Shown: positions 35,416-48,887, counted from the first letter of the stretch. The stretch: 64,000 nucleotides of DNA from Carcharhinus longimanus (GCA_030264375.1 JASCQW010000001.1:125393038-125457037); one strand, 5' to 3'. Numbers and translations: made by a program. Notes: generated by a model not told the origin, from the letters alone.

Positions 35416-37847
35416 ATGAAGTAATATTATTGGTTATTATGGAGTGTGGAACTGTATTTATATAACACCTTTAATATTGTTAAAACATATAAGGGTATTC
35501 GATGACCATGCGAAAGAATGCTGAACCAAAGAACCAGAAATGAGGAAGTTTGAGTTGAAAAGTTTCAACAACTTGCATCTACCTATTTCTTTCAATGTTC
35601 TATGGGTAAATAGGCATATTATAAATATAAAACATAAAAGAATGAAAATGTTATGTGTGTGCAGAAGTAAAATTATTAACTGGTAGATTTCCCATGACAT
35701 TGTTCAGGCTGAGTTAGAAAATACATTACCTTGTAACACTAGGTTCCATTTAGGGAATAGACCAGGGCCACTAATTCACAGCGGTTACATAGATCAAATT
35801 ATATTAAATTGTGTTATTCTACGATAATATTGTTCATTTTGGGAATGAATGCAACAACTCTCAATCATTCTGTTACAATGTAAATATAGTTGTCCGTTAT
35901 TATGTACCATGTTTAAAAAAAGCACACCTGCAGATTTCCTATCAGTTATATTTTAAACTTCCACATTTATCATTGAAACAGCCTATGTACAACCTGTTTA
36001 ATTACACAGTCGGCAGTGGAGGCACTGTATCGTCGTCACTGGTGGGATGGTCTCTTTGCAGCAAGACAGTTTTATATTGGCATTTTCTATAATAAGTGGG
36101 AGCATAGTAATTAATAATGAAAGTATAAAAAAAATTGCCTCACTTTTTTATCCCTCTCCCTGACTCCCTTTATGCAACATCACAGGAATTTAGCTAGTTT
36201 TCTATAACTTTTCTTGGCTACTTAAATTTTGGATATTAAAAAAATGGTACGTTCTGTTAAAAACATGAAATGAGACAGGAAAAATTATGCCAAACCTGAA
36301 TAGTTTTCATGAGTAATGGCACATGAAGCTCACTAATTAATCTAGGTTTTCTGATATATCTAAATATGAAGTTGCATTTCTTTGTTAAGCAGAATAGCTT
36401 GAATGCTTTTTGACAAATAAACATAAAGACATATGATGAAACCTTGCTAATTCATTGTCCTGCACTGAGTATTGTGATATGTGACTGCATGCCCTTATAA
36501 TGTAAAGATGCTCAGCAGAGCAAGAGTTGATGTCAGATGGGAGAATATCGCTGTCTGTGGTATGATGCATATAGTCACATAATAATGGACTCTGGGAGAA
36601 CAATCTAAAGCAGCATTCTTAAGTATGCAGCCTGCCTATATGGAGACAAAAGCTCCATGCATAAACATACCTTGGAACTATAAATAATTAAAGACTACCA
36701 GTACAGTGTCTATGTTTGAACATACAAGTCTCAAACTCTCCTCATCAAGGCACCACCATGCACCATATTACAGCATGTTTTGCAGTAGCGGCATTTGTGG
36801 TGATGACCAACAGCGATAGTACCATGATTGGCTGTGATGATCAATGGGAGTGAGAAAGGTAGCAATTAAATGCATAAACCCAGAATAGTATCAACGGTAT
36901 CCTAAGGTATGCAAACCTGAAATCAGACTAGAGAGATGTGCACCTCAGAAGAAAAACTGAAGACAAAGTTGAAGCAGCTTTGCCAAAGGCTTTGAAATTG
37001 AGGGATCCACCAGAGTGAATGTGAGTCTCTTGCAAGATCCCTGCATGAGGCAGAACAAAAGATGCCAAGTCTACAAGATTGGTGAACTAAACTCTGAAAG
37101 TTCCAAGATCCTGAGTGACATAGTCCACAACATAGTGTGCAAAACAAGGAGCTGTATTTACATTTCAGAATAGGTGGAGGTCCCAGGGCTTAATGTGCAA
37201 AGGCACCTGAAAGAAAGCTGCAGGTGAAAGCAAAGTTTTTTTTTAAATCTGCAGAACAAAAGGCTGGTAGGGTTAAATACTGAAACCTGTGTGCACAGTA
37301 AAAAAAAGACTCTAGAATTTTTTTAAAAAGTTGCTGCTGCGCCAAAGAGTTTTTGAAAACGGCTACCAGAATAAATATAGGTCTGGAGCTTTGAATTTGA
37401 AAAAAATCCACCAAAGCTCAAAAAGTAAGAAACAACAATTCATAACTTTAGAGGGAAGCACACCTGCTGAAGCTCCCGAAATGTACCAGAGTTTTTTTTA
37501 AACCTGCTGAGTTTAAAGGCAACAATCGTTGCGTTGCTTTTTCTAAACAGAAATAAAGTTTTGACAGTTTTGAAAACTTAAAGTAGAAGAGGTCCATAAC
37601 CACCAAGATCTTGTGAAGCACAGGAAACTTGCACGCAGAGAAAAACTGGTAGCTATAGTGACAGCCTGAAGTTTTAACAAAAAGATTCCTATTTTAAAGC
37701 AGCAACATATTTAAAGCGGTAAATACATGAAAGAAGAAAACAGTCCTGGACAGCAAATTAGAAGAGACGCCAGAGATACAGCAGCTCTGCCGAAGACAAC
37801 AATAGAGCCAGAGAGAGGGCAATTCTGTCAAAGGTGACCAGAGATCC

Positions 37848-37985
37848 TGTAATGACTTCAATCAGGCCATTGAGGTTGGCCTATTGGAGTATGAACTTCC
37901 TGATTAAGGATCCAATTGATGGGCCAATCGGGGAGTTTTTGCCTTGTGCTTAACTGGGAGTGTCAGTTCCTCTAACACCCACAGT
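37848..37985 (+). repeat. 5' LTR (truncated)
   Basis: Aligns to 41671-41803, then joins directly to mid-RT sequence. Confidence 0.85.
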
Positions 37986-39672
37986 GGTTGATATTTCAGA
38001 AAACGATGGAGAACATACTACAAGGGTTACCACAGGTTGCCATTTATCTGGCCAATGTGCTCATCACCAGGAAAACGAGGGCAAAATATCTGCAGATCCT
38101 GGAACAAGTCCTTAGAACTAAGAACAGCGGTTGTGTGCTTAGAGGGAGAAATGTATGTTCTTAGTATCGCAAGTAACCTATATGTGTTACGAAGTCAATA
38201 AGGCAGGCCTACATCCCCTGAAGGATCAGGTGCAGGCAATCAAAGATGCCCCGGCCCCCACCACAATCCAGGAGTTGCAATCGTTTTTAGAGCTGGTGAC
38301 GTATTATGGGATATTCATACAAAACAGGGCCTCCATCTTGGATCCCCTGCATCAGTTAATAAAAAAGGGGCAAGCCTGGGAATGGTCTGCCCAAGACCAG
38401 GCTTTTAAGAAAATCAAACCTCATCTCTCCTCAGCAAATGTTTTAGTGCATTATGATCCGAGGAAAGAGTTGGTTCTCTCTTACGGGTCTCCACGCTGCG
38501 TTGGTGCAGTTCTAGCACGTAGATGGAAAAACGGAGNNNNNNNNNNNNNNNNNNNNNNNNNNNNNNNNNNNNNNNNNNNNNNNNNNNNNNNNNNNNNNNN
38601 NNNNNNNNNNNNNNNNNNNNNNNNNNNNNNNNNNNNCTAGCACGTAGATGGCAAAACGGAGAGAAACAGCCTATAGTATATGTCTCCAGGACCCTAACAA
38701 TAGCTGAAGGGAAGTACGCTCAGATCAAAAAAAGGAGGACTGGCTGTATTTTTTTGCAGTAGTGAAATTCCACCAGTATCTACATGGGCGGAAATTCATG
38801 ATCATCACTGATCACAAACCATTGGTGGGTTTGCTGGAAGAGGACAAAGCGATGCCACCAACAGCAACAGCCCAAATCTAGTGCTGAGCATTATTATGGC
38901 AGTATACCAATATTAGTTGGAGCACTGGCCGGGAACTCATGGCAAATACCACGCTCTAAGCAGGCTACCATTACCAGACACCCTGCCATTGGTATCCGGA
39001 ATAGAAGAAACGGTGATGACACTGAACTTTTTGGACACCGTCCCGGTGGCCACACACGATATACGCCTGTGGACACAAAAGGAGCCCGTACTAGCAAAAG
39101 TAAAACATCTGGCGCTAACAGGGAAAATGGAAAGACCAGTCCAATCCAATTCCACCTCCAATTGGAGCAGAAGAAAACAGATCACCATAGAAGGCAGATA
39201 CTGCTATGGGAGGGCACGGGTCATAATCCTAAGTCAGAGCCGTCAGGCCATACTGGCCGTATTACACCATGGGCACCCAGGAGAGTCCAAGGTGAAGATA
39301 CTGGCCAGGGGCTATGACTGGTGGCCGGGCTTGGAGGCAGATATAGCGGCAGTGGATCAGTGCCAGGAATGCAAACAGGGCAGAAGGTGCCACCGGCAGC
39401 CTCGCTGCACCCATGGGAATGGCTAGGTGGACCATGGACTCAATTGCATGTTGATTTTGCAGGCCCATTTATGGATTCCACATTTTTGATAATAGTAGAT
39501 GTCTATTCAAAATGATTGGATGTCTACCAGGTGAATTCGACAAACACAAAGACAATCGTCGAGAAGCTACATGCCTCATTTTCAACACATGGAATTCCAG
39601 AGGTATTGATCTTGGACAACGGATTGGCTTTCATCGGTGAAGAATTCACCAGATTCATGAAGTCAAATGGTA

Positions 39673-40900
39673 TAAGAACATAAGAAATAGGAGCAGGAGT
39701 AGGCCATCTAGCTCCTCGAGCCTGCCTTGCCATTCAATAAGATCATGGCTGATCTGATAGTGGTTCAGTTCCACTTATCCACCTGCCCCCCATAATCCTT
39801 AATTCCTTTATTGATCAGAAATCTATCTACCTGTGACTTAAACGTATGTAACGAGGTAGCCTCCACTGCTTCAATGGACAGAGAANNNNNNNNNNNNNNN
39901 NNNNNNNNNNNNNNNNNNNNNNNNNNNNNNNNNNNNNNNNNNNNNNNNNNNNNNNNNNNNNNNNNNNNNNNNNNNNNNNNNNNNNNNNNNNNNNNNNNNN
40001 NNNNNNNNNNNNNNNNNNNNNNNNNNNNNNNNNNNNNNNNNNNNNNNNNNNNNNNNNNNNNNNNNNNNNNNNNNNNNNNNNNNNNNNNNNNNNNNNNNNN
40101 NNNNNNNNNNNNNNNNNNNNNNNNNNNNNNNNNNNNNNNNNNNNNNNNNNNNNNNNNNNNNNNNNNNNNNNNNNNNNNNNNNNNNNNNNNNNNNNNNNNN
40201 NNNNNNNNNNNNNNNNNNNNNNNNNNNNNNNNNNNNNNNNNNNNNNNNNNNNNNNNNNNNNNNNNNNNNNNNNNNNNNNNNNNNNNNNNNNNNNNNNNNN
40301 NNNNNNNNNNNNNNNNNNNNNNNNNNNNNNNNNNNNNNNNNNNNNNNNNNNNNNNNNNNNNNNNNNNNNNNNNNNNNNNNNNNNNNNNNNNNNNNNNNNN
40401 NNNNNNNNNNNNNNNNNNNNNNNNNNNNNNNNNNNNNNNNNNNNNNNNNNNNNNNNNNNNNNNNNNNNNNNNNNNNNNNNNNNNNNNNNNNNNNNNNNNN
40501 NNNNNNNNNNNNNNNNNNNNNNNNNNNNNNNNNNNNNNNNNNNNNNNNNNNNNNNNNNNNNNNNNNNNNNNNNNNNNNNNNNNNNNNNNNNNNNNNNNNN
40601 NNNNNNNNNNNNNNNNNNNNNNNNNNNNNNNNNNNNNNNNNNNNNNNNNNNNNNNNNNNNNNNNNNNNNNNNNNNNNNNNNNNNNNNNNNNNNNNNNNTT
40701 GCCAACCAGAACAGCACCCATTTATTCCAACTCTTTGCTTCCTGTTAGATAGCCAATCCTCAATCCACGCTAACACTTTACCACCAACTCTGTGTACCTT
40801 AATCTTTTGCAGCAACCTTTTATGAGACACCTTATTGAACACCTTCTGGAAATCTAAAAACACCACATCCACCGGTTCCCCTCTGTCAATCACACTCGTT
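39673..40900 (-). mobile_element. CR1 LINE nested in the Gypsy integrase
   Basis: Tail taagaacataagaaataggagcaggagtaggcc at 39673; RT peptide VDVVFLDFQKVFNKVSHKRLL ending ~40900; the integrase reads through as KSNGI|RHIRTAPYHP. Confidence 0.9.
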
Positions 40901-41670
40901 ATGCGACACATCAGGACAGCACCATATCACCCAGTGTCGAATGAGCGTGCTGAGAAAGCTGTACAGACTTTAAAGCTGGGTTAAAGTGGAGTCAATAGAC
41001 ACCAAACTCTCCCACGGTTGTTTGATTACAAGACAACCCCACACACCACCACGGGAATAACACTGGTGGAATTACTCATGGGTAGATGGACTCGGCGCCA
41101 GGCTGAGCCTGCTATTCCCAAACCTGGGTGGGAAGGTGGAAGAGCACCAAGAGGCCCATTGCAGGGGCCACGACAACAGTTGCTGAGAGAGGCATTTCGA
41201 CATTGGTATAAAGGTCTGTGTGAGGAACTTCACAAATGGATAGCAGAATGGTCGAATCCAGGACGAGACCTGTATCCTATCAGGTACACGGGGGAGAGGC
41301 TGTCTTAAGAAAGCATCTAAACCAGGTGCGAGCATTGAGTTAATCACCTGTCACAGAGCTGAATCTGCCCTGCAGGCCAGGACTAAGGAGAGTCTTATCT
41401 GATGGGCTATCCCTACCTCTCTGGCGCCTCTGGTAAGGACCTCTGACTCCGTGATGGACACTGGGGACAAGCCGCAGCTGTTCCTTGACTGCCAGAGGGA
41501 GAAGGTGAACTGGCCCTCCAGCACTCACGATGAAAGAGACGGGGGCCTAGTAGATACACCCTTAATATGTTGGATACCGAATTGGAGAAACCAGGCCCAG
41601 CACTGAAATGGAGGAAGAGATGTGTGATGCACTCAAACCACGAGGATTCCTCGACTTTGGGGAGGAGGAG

Positions 41671-41870
41671 TGTAATGATTTCAATCAGGTCATTTGAGGT
41701 TGGCCTACTGGAGTATGAACTCCCTGATTAAGGATCCAATTGATGAGCCAATCAGGTTTGCTTTGTACTTAACTGGGAGTACCAGTTCCTTTGACACCCC
41801 CAGAGGTAGACTGCTGACACTCTGTGTACTGCTATTAGAGTTCCAAGACTTCTGCCTCCGTAGACTTAAC
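41671..41870 (+). repeat. 3' LTR
   Basis: Directly follows the PPT and starts TG; right boundary approximate. Confidence 0.8.
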
Positions 41871-43663
41871 GGACACCCCCAAAGAGAGGACAGCTCCGTT
41901 GAGGACACAAGAGACCCTGAAGAGAAGGCAACTCTGCCAAGGGCAAAAATAATCCCAGAGAATGGGCATCTCCACCAAAGGCAGCAAAAGACCCCAGAGG
42001 GAGGTCAACAAGAAAATAAATTATTGAAAGAACTGTTTATTATCCTTCAAGATCGAACGAAAAAGAATGCATAGCCATTTAGCAACATGAAATGAAAACT
42101 GTCTTAAACAGTTGAATGGGAGCATTGCAAAAGGTATTTAAGGTGATTCTATTGAATTACAGGAAAATTCAAGATGAAACAAGCAAGTTTCATAAAAAAG
42201 AAAATATGTTGAGAATTTCATACACTACAAGAATTCTGACAAACCGGTTGGCAGAAAAGACTCAGCAATGTTCCATGTTCTAGGAGGAAGCCAAAAGCTA
42301 TGGGAAACAGACTGAGGAGCTGCAGAAGCAGATGAATGAAAAAGAGGTGGTGAAAGGCATTGAAGGGAAAAGCTGTAGAACTTCCCATGCTGCAAGCGGA
42401 TAACAAAGACACAAACTACACAATTACAGAACTGAAACAAGTTAAAACTTCGCCAGAAACAGAACTGGCCAATAATGGATCCAAAGTGAAGGACAGGACC
42501 AAAATTCTGCTGCTAATAGAGAAAGAAGAGACAGAATTATGATCGAAAATGTAAAAACAGTACTGAAGTGCAAGCAGCTAGAAGACAAAGTTGAGCTGAA
42601 TGAAAAAATTCATAAGTTGCATAACGACTTGAAAACAAAATAGCAAAGAATTTGTGAAATTGTGAAACAGATGGAAATGTATCTAGCAAGAACATGATGG
42701 GCACAATGGAAAAAGAAAATCCAAGTCCGTTCTAGGAATTAACAGAGTGCACGTTCCTCGGAAGGAACGGGACGAACACGGTGTTGGAAAAAGTAGACGA
42801 GTTGTTCCCGAAGAGAAACGTGACTCGGAGCGTAAAGAACAAATCAAATGGAGATAGCCAAGTAGAAGAAACAGAGTACTGCTTCCATGTTTCCACACAT
42901 GACAGACTGAGATGTGGAAGAACTGTCAAGACTCAAGACATTTAAATTTATAAAGTCGGAAACTTGAGGTTGGGGAGCAGCGATAGCAATTTAAAAATTA
43001 TATTGTAATATTCTGTTAGAAGAGAGAAAAGATTATTTAAGAGAAGAAAGAGAATGTTGTGACATATGTCTGTTTGCAATGATAATGTGAAAATGTTTGG
43101 CAGAATAAGGGTTAACATGGGACTGAACAATAGCACCAACTACTGTATAACGTTTAGAGTGACACAGTAGGGGACGCTGGGAGAAATATCTAGTGCAACA
43201 CTAATAATCAGCCTACCTGCATGGTTCATGTTTAAATTTACAAGTCTCAAGATCTCTGCATTGAGATACCTAAAGAATCCATACTACAACATACTGTGGC
43301 AGCAAACAGAACCATCCAAAAATACAATTTAAATTGCAAACTTTGGATGGGTCTGACTGTTTTACCACGATAGTCACCTGGTAAAAGCAGAAGAATTAAA
43401 AATCACTTCCAGCTTCTGAGTAATTGTATTGACCTCTCCCCGCCCTCTCCTTGGATCTGCCAATTACACCACACTCCCCACTACACCTTCCATAGGAACC
43501 TACCCTCATATCTTCACTTGGTGCTCACACACCACTCCCATGGATCCCCATCTGAATGCATCCCTGCCCCCCAAATGCATGCACATCCCATCACTGACTG
43601 CACAGCTGTCATTTCCCACCTCCCACCCCCCACCCACCCTCNNNNNNNNNNCTTTACCTGACT

Positions 43664-45065
43664 TAAGAACATAAAAACTCAGAGTACAAGTAGCCCATTT
43701 GGACCCTTGAGCCTGCTCAGCCATTCAGTAAGATCATGGATGATTTTTTTCATGGCTCCACTCACCCACCCGCTCACCATAACCCTTAATTCTTTTACTG
43801 TTCAAAAATTTATTTATCTTTGCCTTAAAATCATTCAACGAGGTAGCCTCACCTGCTTCACTGGGCAGGGAATTCCACAGATACACATACGGATGAAGAT
43901 GTTCCTCCTCAGTTCAGTCCTGAATCTGCTCCCCGTTATTTTGAGGCTATGCCGCCCCTTCTGGTTTCACCTGCCAGTGGAAACAACCTTGCTGCTTCTA
44001 TCGCATCTATTCCTTTTAGAATTTTGTATGTTTCTATAAGATCTCCCGTCATTTTTCTAAATTCCAGTGAGTAAAGTCCCAGTCTACTTGGTCTTTCCTC
44101 TTAAGCCAACCCTCTCAACTCTGGAATCAGCCTAGTGAATCTCCTCTGCATCCCATCCAGTGCCAGTATATCCTTTCTCAAGTAAGGAGCCCAAAACTGT
44201 ACACAGTACTCCAGGTGTGGCCTCACCAGTACCTTATACAGCTGCACATAACCTCCCTGTTTTTTTTAACCTCCACCCCTCTAGCAATGAAGGACANNNN
44301 NNNNNNNNNNNNNNNNNNNNNNNNNNNNNNNNNNNNNNNNNNNNNNNNNNNNNNNNNNNNNNNNNNNNNNNNNNNNNNNNNNNNNNNNNNNNNNNNTCCT
44401 TTCTCAAGTAAGGAGACCAAAACTGTACACAGTACTCCAGGTGTGGCCTCACCAACACCTTATACAGCTGCAATATAACCTCACTGGTTTTAAACTCTAT
44501 TCCTCTAGCAATGAAGGGCAAAATTCCATTTGCCTTCTTAATTACCTGCTGCACCTGCAAACCAACTCCTTGAGATTCCTACACAAGGACATCCAGGTCT
44601 CTCTGCACAGCAGCATGCTGTAACGTTTTACTATTTAAGTAAACAATTTTGCTGTTATTCCTACCAAAATGGATGACCTCACCTTTACCAACATCGTACT
44701 CCATCTGCCAGATCCTTGCCCACTTGCTTAAACTGTCTATATTAACTTCCATTGTCCTCTGCACACTTTGTTCTACCACTCTTCTGCAAACTTTGACACA
44801 TTACACTTGGTCCCCAACTCCAAATCATCTACGTTAGTTATAAACAATTGTAATCTCAACACTGATCACTGAGGCACACCACTGATCACTGACCAGAAAA
44901 ACATTCATTTATCCCCATTCTTTGCTTTCTGTTAGTTAACCAATCCTCTATCCATGCTTATACATTATCCATAATGCTGGACAACTTTATCTTGCGCAGC
45001 AGCTTTTTCTGTGGCACCTTTTCAAATATCTTCTGGAAATCCAGATACACTATGTCTATTGGTTT
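43664..45065 (-). mobile_element. CR1 LINE, 5'-truncated, decayed
   Basis: taagaacataa tail; minus-strand ORFs QVIKKANGILPFIARGIEFK...[14 protein letters not shown] and WARIWQMEYDVGK; close relative of 27007-29066. Confidence 0.92.
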
Positions 45066-45328
45066 CTGGTTAAGGCAGCTAGTATGTGAAAAAGAGGTTG
45101 TGGCTTCCTTGCATCCAACTCTGCAGCCCTCGACAAAAGGTCTCAGGAGTCTGCCGCACTACACATTTCTCACCTGCCCTCAGTCGCAAGGTCAGGTGAG
45201 GAAGGAGTGAAAAGATTTTAAGGTTTAAAAAACAAACAAAGAGTGCAGCGGAGATCTTACTCTGTTACTTTGCGTAAGTTCGGGTCCTTGTAACATTATA
45301 TCCAAGGTATAAATTCCTCCAGGAACAT

Positions 45329-45342
45329 GTTGCCATAGCAAC
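45329..45342. promoter_or_regulatory. RFX X-box motif GTTGCCATAGCAAC
   Basis: Matches the RFX consensus GTTRCCATRGYAAC and lies in TE-free sequence; function not shown. Confidence 0.5.
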
Positions 45343-47379
45343 AGATTCCCATTATTATTTCAAAAAACTTCCTTGATCCAAAGAAAGAAATATCTGATGT
45401 TAAGGGATAACAACTGGCTTTTTGGACAAAAGGATTCTCCTTAATTATCAGTAAGCATCTGTTCATATTTGATAAATTTCAATCTTTGCTTGTTAAAATT
45501 CATAAATTAAATTTCATCTAGGCTTTTAAGTGCCTTTGCAGTTTATGACCTTTCAAGATGAATGTCAGCCAAGCGAGCAGTTATGGGTTAGTGTGCCTTC
45601 ATTCTGTTGTGCAAGCCATCTCACTGACTTGACAGTCCATGCAAACATGAATGTTGTCACAAACAGGCATCATTTATTAATATGGGACATATGCAGCACT
45701 TGTGCTGGCTGAACCTGTCCTTTGAGACTGCTGTAGCATAAAAATGAGAACTCTGTTCTTCATGATGTATAAAGGTCTTGATTTTAGGAAGCAGCGAGAG
45801 AGGTATCATATTTGTATTTTTGTTCTAGTATTTAAAGAAAATGGGTTACACAGATCGAGAGCCACGTGTGGCCTGCCAAGATCTTTGATTGACTTTAAAT
45901 TTGCTAATCTTCAGGATAGAATGTCATTTTTTTTCTCTTTTGGTAGGCGGTAGATAATAACTTGTATCATTAGTTTTAAAATTGATGTACATTGTATTTC
46001 ACTCTTTAAGAATAGATTACTAAGAGGACTACCCCTTAATTTGAAACACAGTTTATGTATTCTTTTACTGACACTGTTACTGAATGCAATACTGCTAAAT
46101 ACCTGACCGGATGATCGTGGTTGAGATCTGTAAAGATCCCAGATTTGTAACAATTTCATTATTCATGAAATCACTTTTGTTCCAATTCTAGCTCATGAAA
46201 GCAAAAGTTCTCTCCAACAATTTTTCCTTCCTCGGTATTGGCATTATCTTACTTGCAGTTCAGTGTAAGGTATTAAAAAATAGCACCAATGATTTAAAAT
46301 TATACTGTGGTAACCTGATTGACTGGCCATTAATCTTTGTCTTGCAACGTTCAAAATACCTGCTGCCTAAATTTATCTATATAATAATGACTAAGCTTTA
46401 AATATTGCATATGAGATGTAGTTGAACATTTGAGACGTGATGAGATGCTTTGTAAATGTAACTTGTCACTTGACATTTGCATTGTGAATGGGCTGAAAGG
46501 TCTTTTAACTTTTAACTTTCAGTTTTGTTCAGCTAAATCACATTCCTGGTGCACTCACCAAGAATTTTTAGAATGATTGCTATGATTGGTGCATAGAGAT
46601 GTAATGGGAGACAAGAACTGATGTATTAAAAATGAACTTTCTTAATTCATCTATTCTCACGTATGATTAGCAATTTTTATTTATGTTGTTTTGAAGGAAG
46701 TTGCACTTATGTAAACCTTAATTTGAGCAGGTTTGAGAATGTAAGCCTAGATTAGCAAGCATAATAAGAATATTTTGAATAAAATAGAATGACAGTGATA
46801 GATTTTGAAATCATGACAGATCTTGCATTTGTAATGTTTATATGTTATTGTCATCCACACAGCCTTGATTTAACCAAATTCATAGCAATGTCATGATAAA
46901 TACAATTTGTTAATGCAACCCCTGTTTTGTTATCCTGTTATTTTAGTATTGTTATCCTGTTATTTGCAGTTGTATTTATTTGCACATTATCTGATGAACC
47001 CATTGTATTTAACTAAATTCCATTGTGTACTTGCATGCACTAGAGAAAGAAAAAATAATATAAGAAGAGGAATTGTAACCATCACTACTTTTTATCACTT
47101 GTTATTTAAATTGTTATTTATGTTGAACATGATTGTGTGTCATTAACTTTGTTTGTCATGAAGTTTGCACGTTTTAACACGGTCTTCTTGTCACCTTGTT
47201 TTACAGCCATTCATAATTGCATTTTATTTTTTTTTAAATATCCAGTTTTAATTTAAATCAACTCTCTATCTTACTAGCCATAATTGCAAAGTATTCTATG
47301 CTCTAACAATGCTTATTGAGATAAATAAACATAAGCAATCAAGTATCAGGTAGACAGAAGCCTTTGTTTTCACTTCCTT

Positions 47380-47995
47380 CCACAATCCCATCCCTTGGTC
47401 ATTCATTTTACTCCCCTCCCTGGCTACCTGTTTGAGGCTGTATCAGATTGCTTTAGCCATCTCATTTTATCCTGAGATGAACTTCCAACCCCATGTCTTC
47501 TTGATCACAAAGATTGCCTACTTAATTTATGTAATATTGCCCATTTCTCCTATCTGTCAATCCATCAGTTGCTGAAACCCTTAGCCATGCCTTTGTTACC
47601 TCAGACTGGGCTACTCCAATGCTTTCCTTGGCTGGCCCCTCACTTTTCGCTCTCTATGAACTTCAGTGCTGCCAGTATCCTAACTCACCAAGTCCCATTG
47701 ACCTACCACCCATGCTTGTTGGCATACACTGGCTTTTCTCCCTGTATCTATAACCTCCTCCAGTCCTACCTATAGATTTTTGCTGCTCCAATTTTGATCT
47801 CTTGCACAACCCTTATTTCCATTATTCCATCATCAGCAGCCTAGGTCCTAAATTGTTGAAATCCTTCCCTAAAATTCTGCCTCTCTTTCCATTTTAGATA
47901 TTTGTTATAACCTAATTCTTTGACCAAGTTTTTGGACTCAGTCCTAATATCTCTATGTTGATATCAACTTATGTTTGATAACTCTTGTAAAGCAT
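47380..47995 (+). mobile_element. L2 LINE RT C-terminus and 3' UTR, decayed
   Basis: gctgaaacccttagccatgcctttgttacctcagactgggctactccaatgct is approximately AETLxHAFVTSRLxYSNA, an L2-clade motif. Confidence 0.75.
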
Positions 47996-48887
47996 GAAGA
48001 CACTAGATAACTGCAAATAGTTGGAAACACCTTCCAACTTTCCCATTCATTATTCTAGCGACAATATTGAGATTGTTTCCTTCTTAGCAATCATGTACTC
48101 TCTCAAAATCTTTGCCAGTTTTGAAAATTAACTAAACCCATCATAACTTTTCCTGCTGTAGTGAAAAAAGACCAATTTCTTCAAAGCTTCCATAATGTGT
48201 TTTCAGTCTTGGTTTAATTTTAGCATACCTTCATTTTTTTATTGCTCTAATATTCTTCCAAATATGGGATACTTGAAATTGCAGATAGCATTGCAACTAT
48301 TGCCTAACCAGTTCAACATTCCTTGCTTTAGTACCTAATGTCACTCTATAAACAAGTTTGAATCCTATTTTCTTTTTGTGTTCTCTTTTTCTGTCTGTAA
48401 CACTGCCTGTTCACATTCCTAGACCTCTGCTCATTCAGCTCTGAGAATACTAGCATTTAGGTACTTCTTTTCACTGCTCAATTTTGCAAGATATATTTGT
48501 ATTTCTCTGCCAACCATCTGGCCACTTTTTAAATCTACCCCTGTCCCCACAGTGCATTCTGACTCAGTTTTCTGTGTCTAATATTATGTCCAAATTCTGC
48601 AGTTATTTATATTGAATCGCACAGAACCACATGTCAATGTACTTATTCGAATAATATCACATAATTATGTGACCAATTGTTTAATGAAAACTGGAGATCA
48701 CAGCACATATCTCAGAAGCATATCAGTGCCCATATCCAAAGTATTTTATGCTATATTTTGTCATTTTTTTATAATAAGTCTAGTCTGTGGCACATTATTC
48801 AATACTTCCTAGAATTGCACCCCTATTGTTTTCCCCTTAATGATACAGATTGTGATTCCTTCTAAAATTCAATTCAATATTTGACTT

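Larger units (their letters stand above)
37848..41870 (+). mobile_element. Gypsy/Ty3 LTR retrotransposon, internally deleted and degenerate
   Basis: Matching LTR starts TGTAATGAcTTCAATCAGG (37848) and TGTAATGAtTTCAATCAGG (41671); PPT ggggaggaggag at 41659-41670. RT (IFQKTMENILQGL..YLAN; APTTIQELQSFL), RNase H (FHQYLHGRKFMIITDHKPL), integrase HHCC (LHHGHPG..WWPGL..CQEC) and core (LHVDFAGPF, DNG, TAPYHPVSNERAE), in RT-RH-IN order. Confidence 0.92.
36900..43400 (+). mobile_element. Unidentified decayed A-rich coding element (gag-like?) hosting the Gypsy insertion
   Basis: Strongly A-rich + strand with broken E/K/Q-rich reading frames (CTSEEKLKTKLKQLCQRL; TITELKQVKTSPETELA...IEKEETEL). A degenerate ~39-bp repeat continues on both sides of the LTR element. 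Boundaries uncertain. Confidence 0.45.

Noticed and set aside
39765-40911. Long 300+ aa ORFs (also 32070-32511, 56077-56838, 58150-58881, 62746-63353)
   Set aside because: Their length comes from N runs translated as X.
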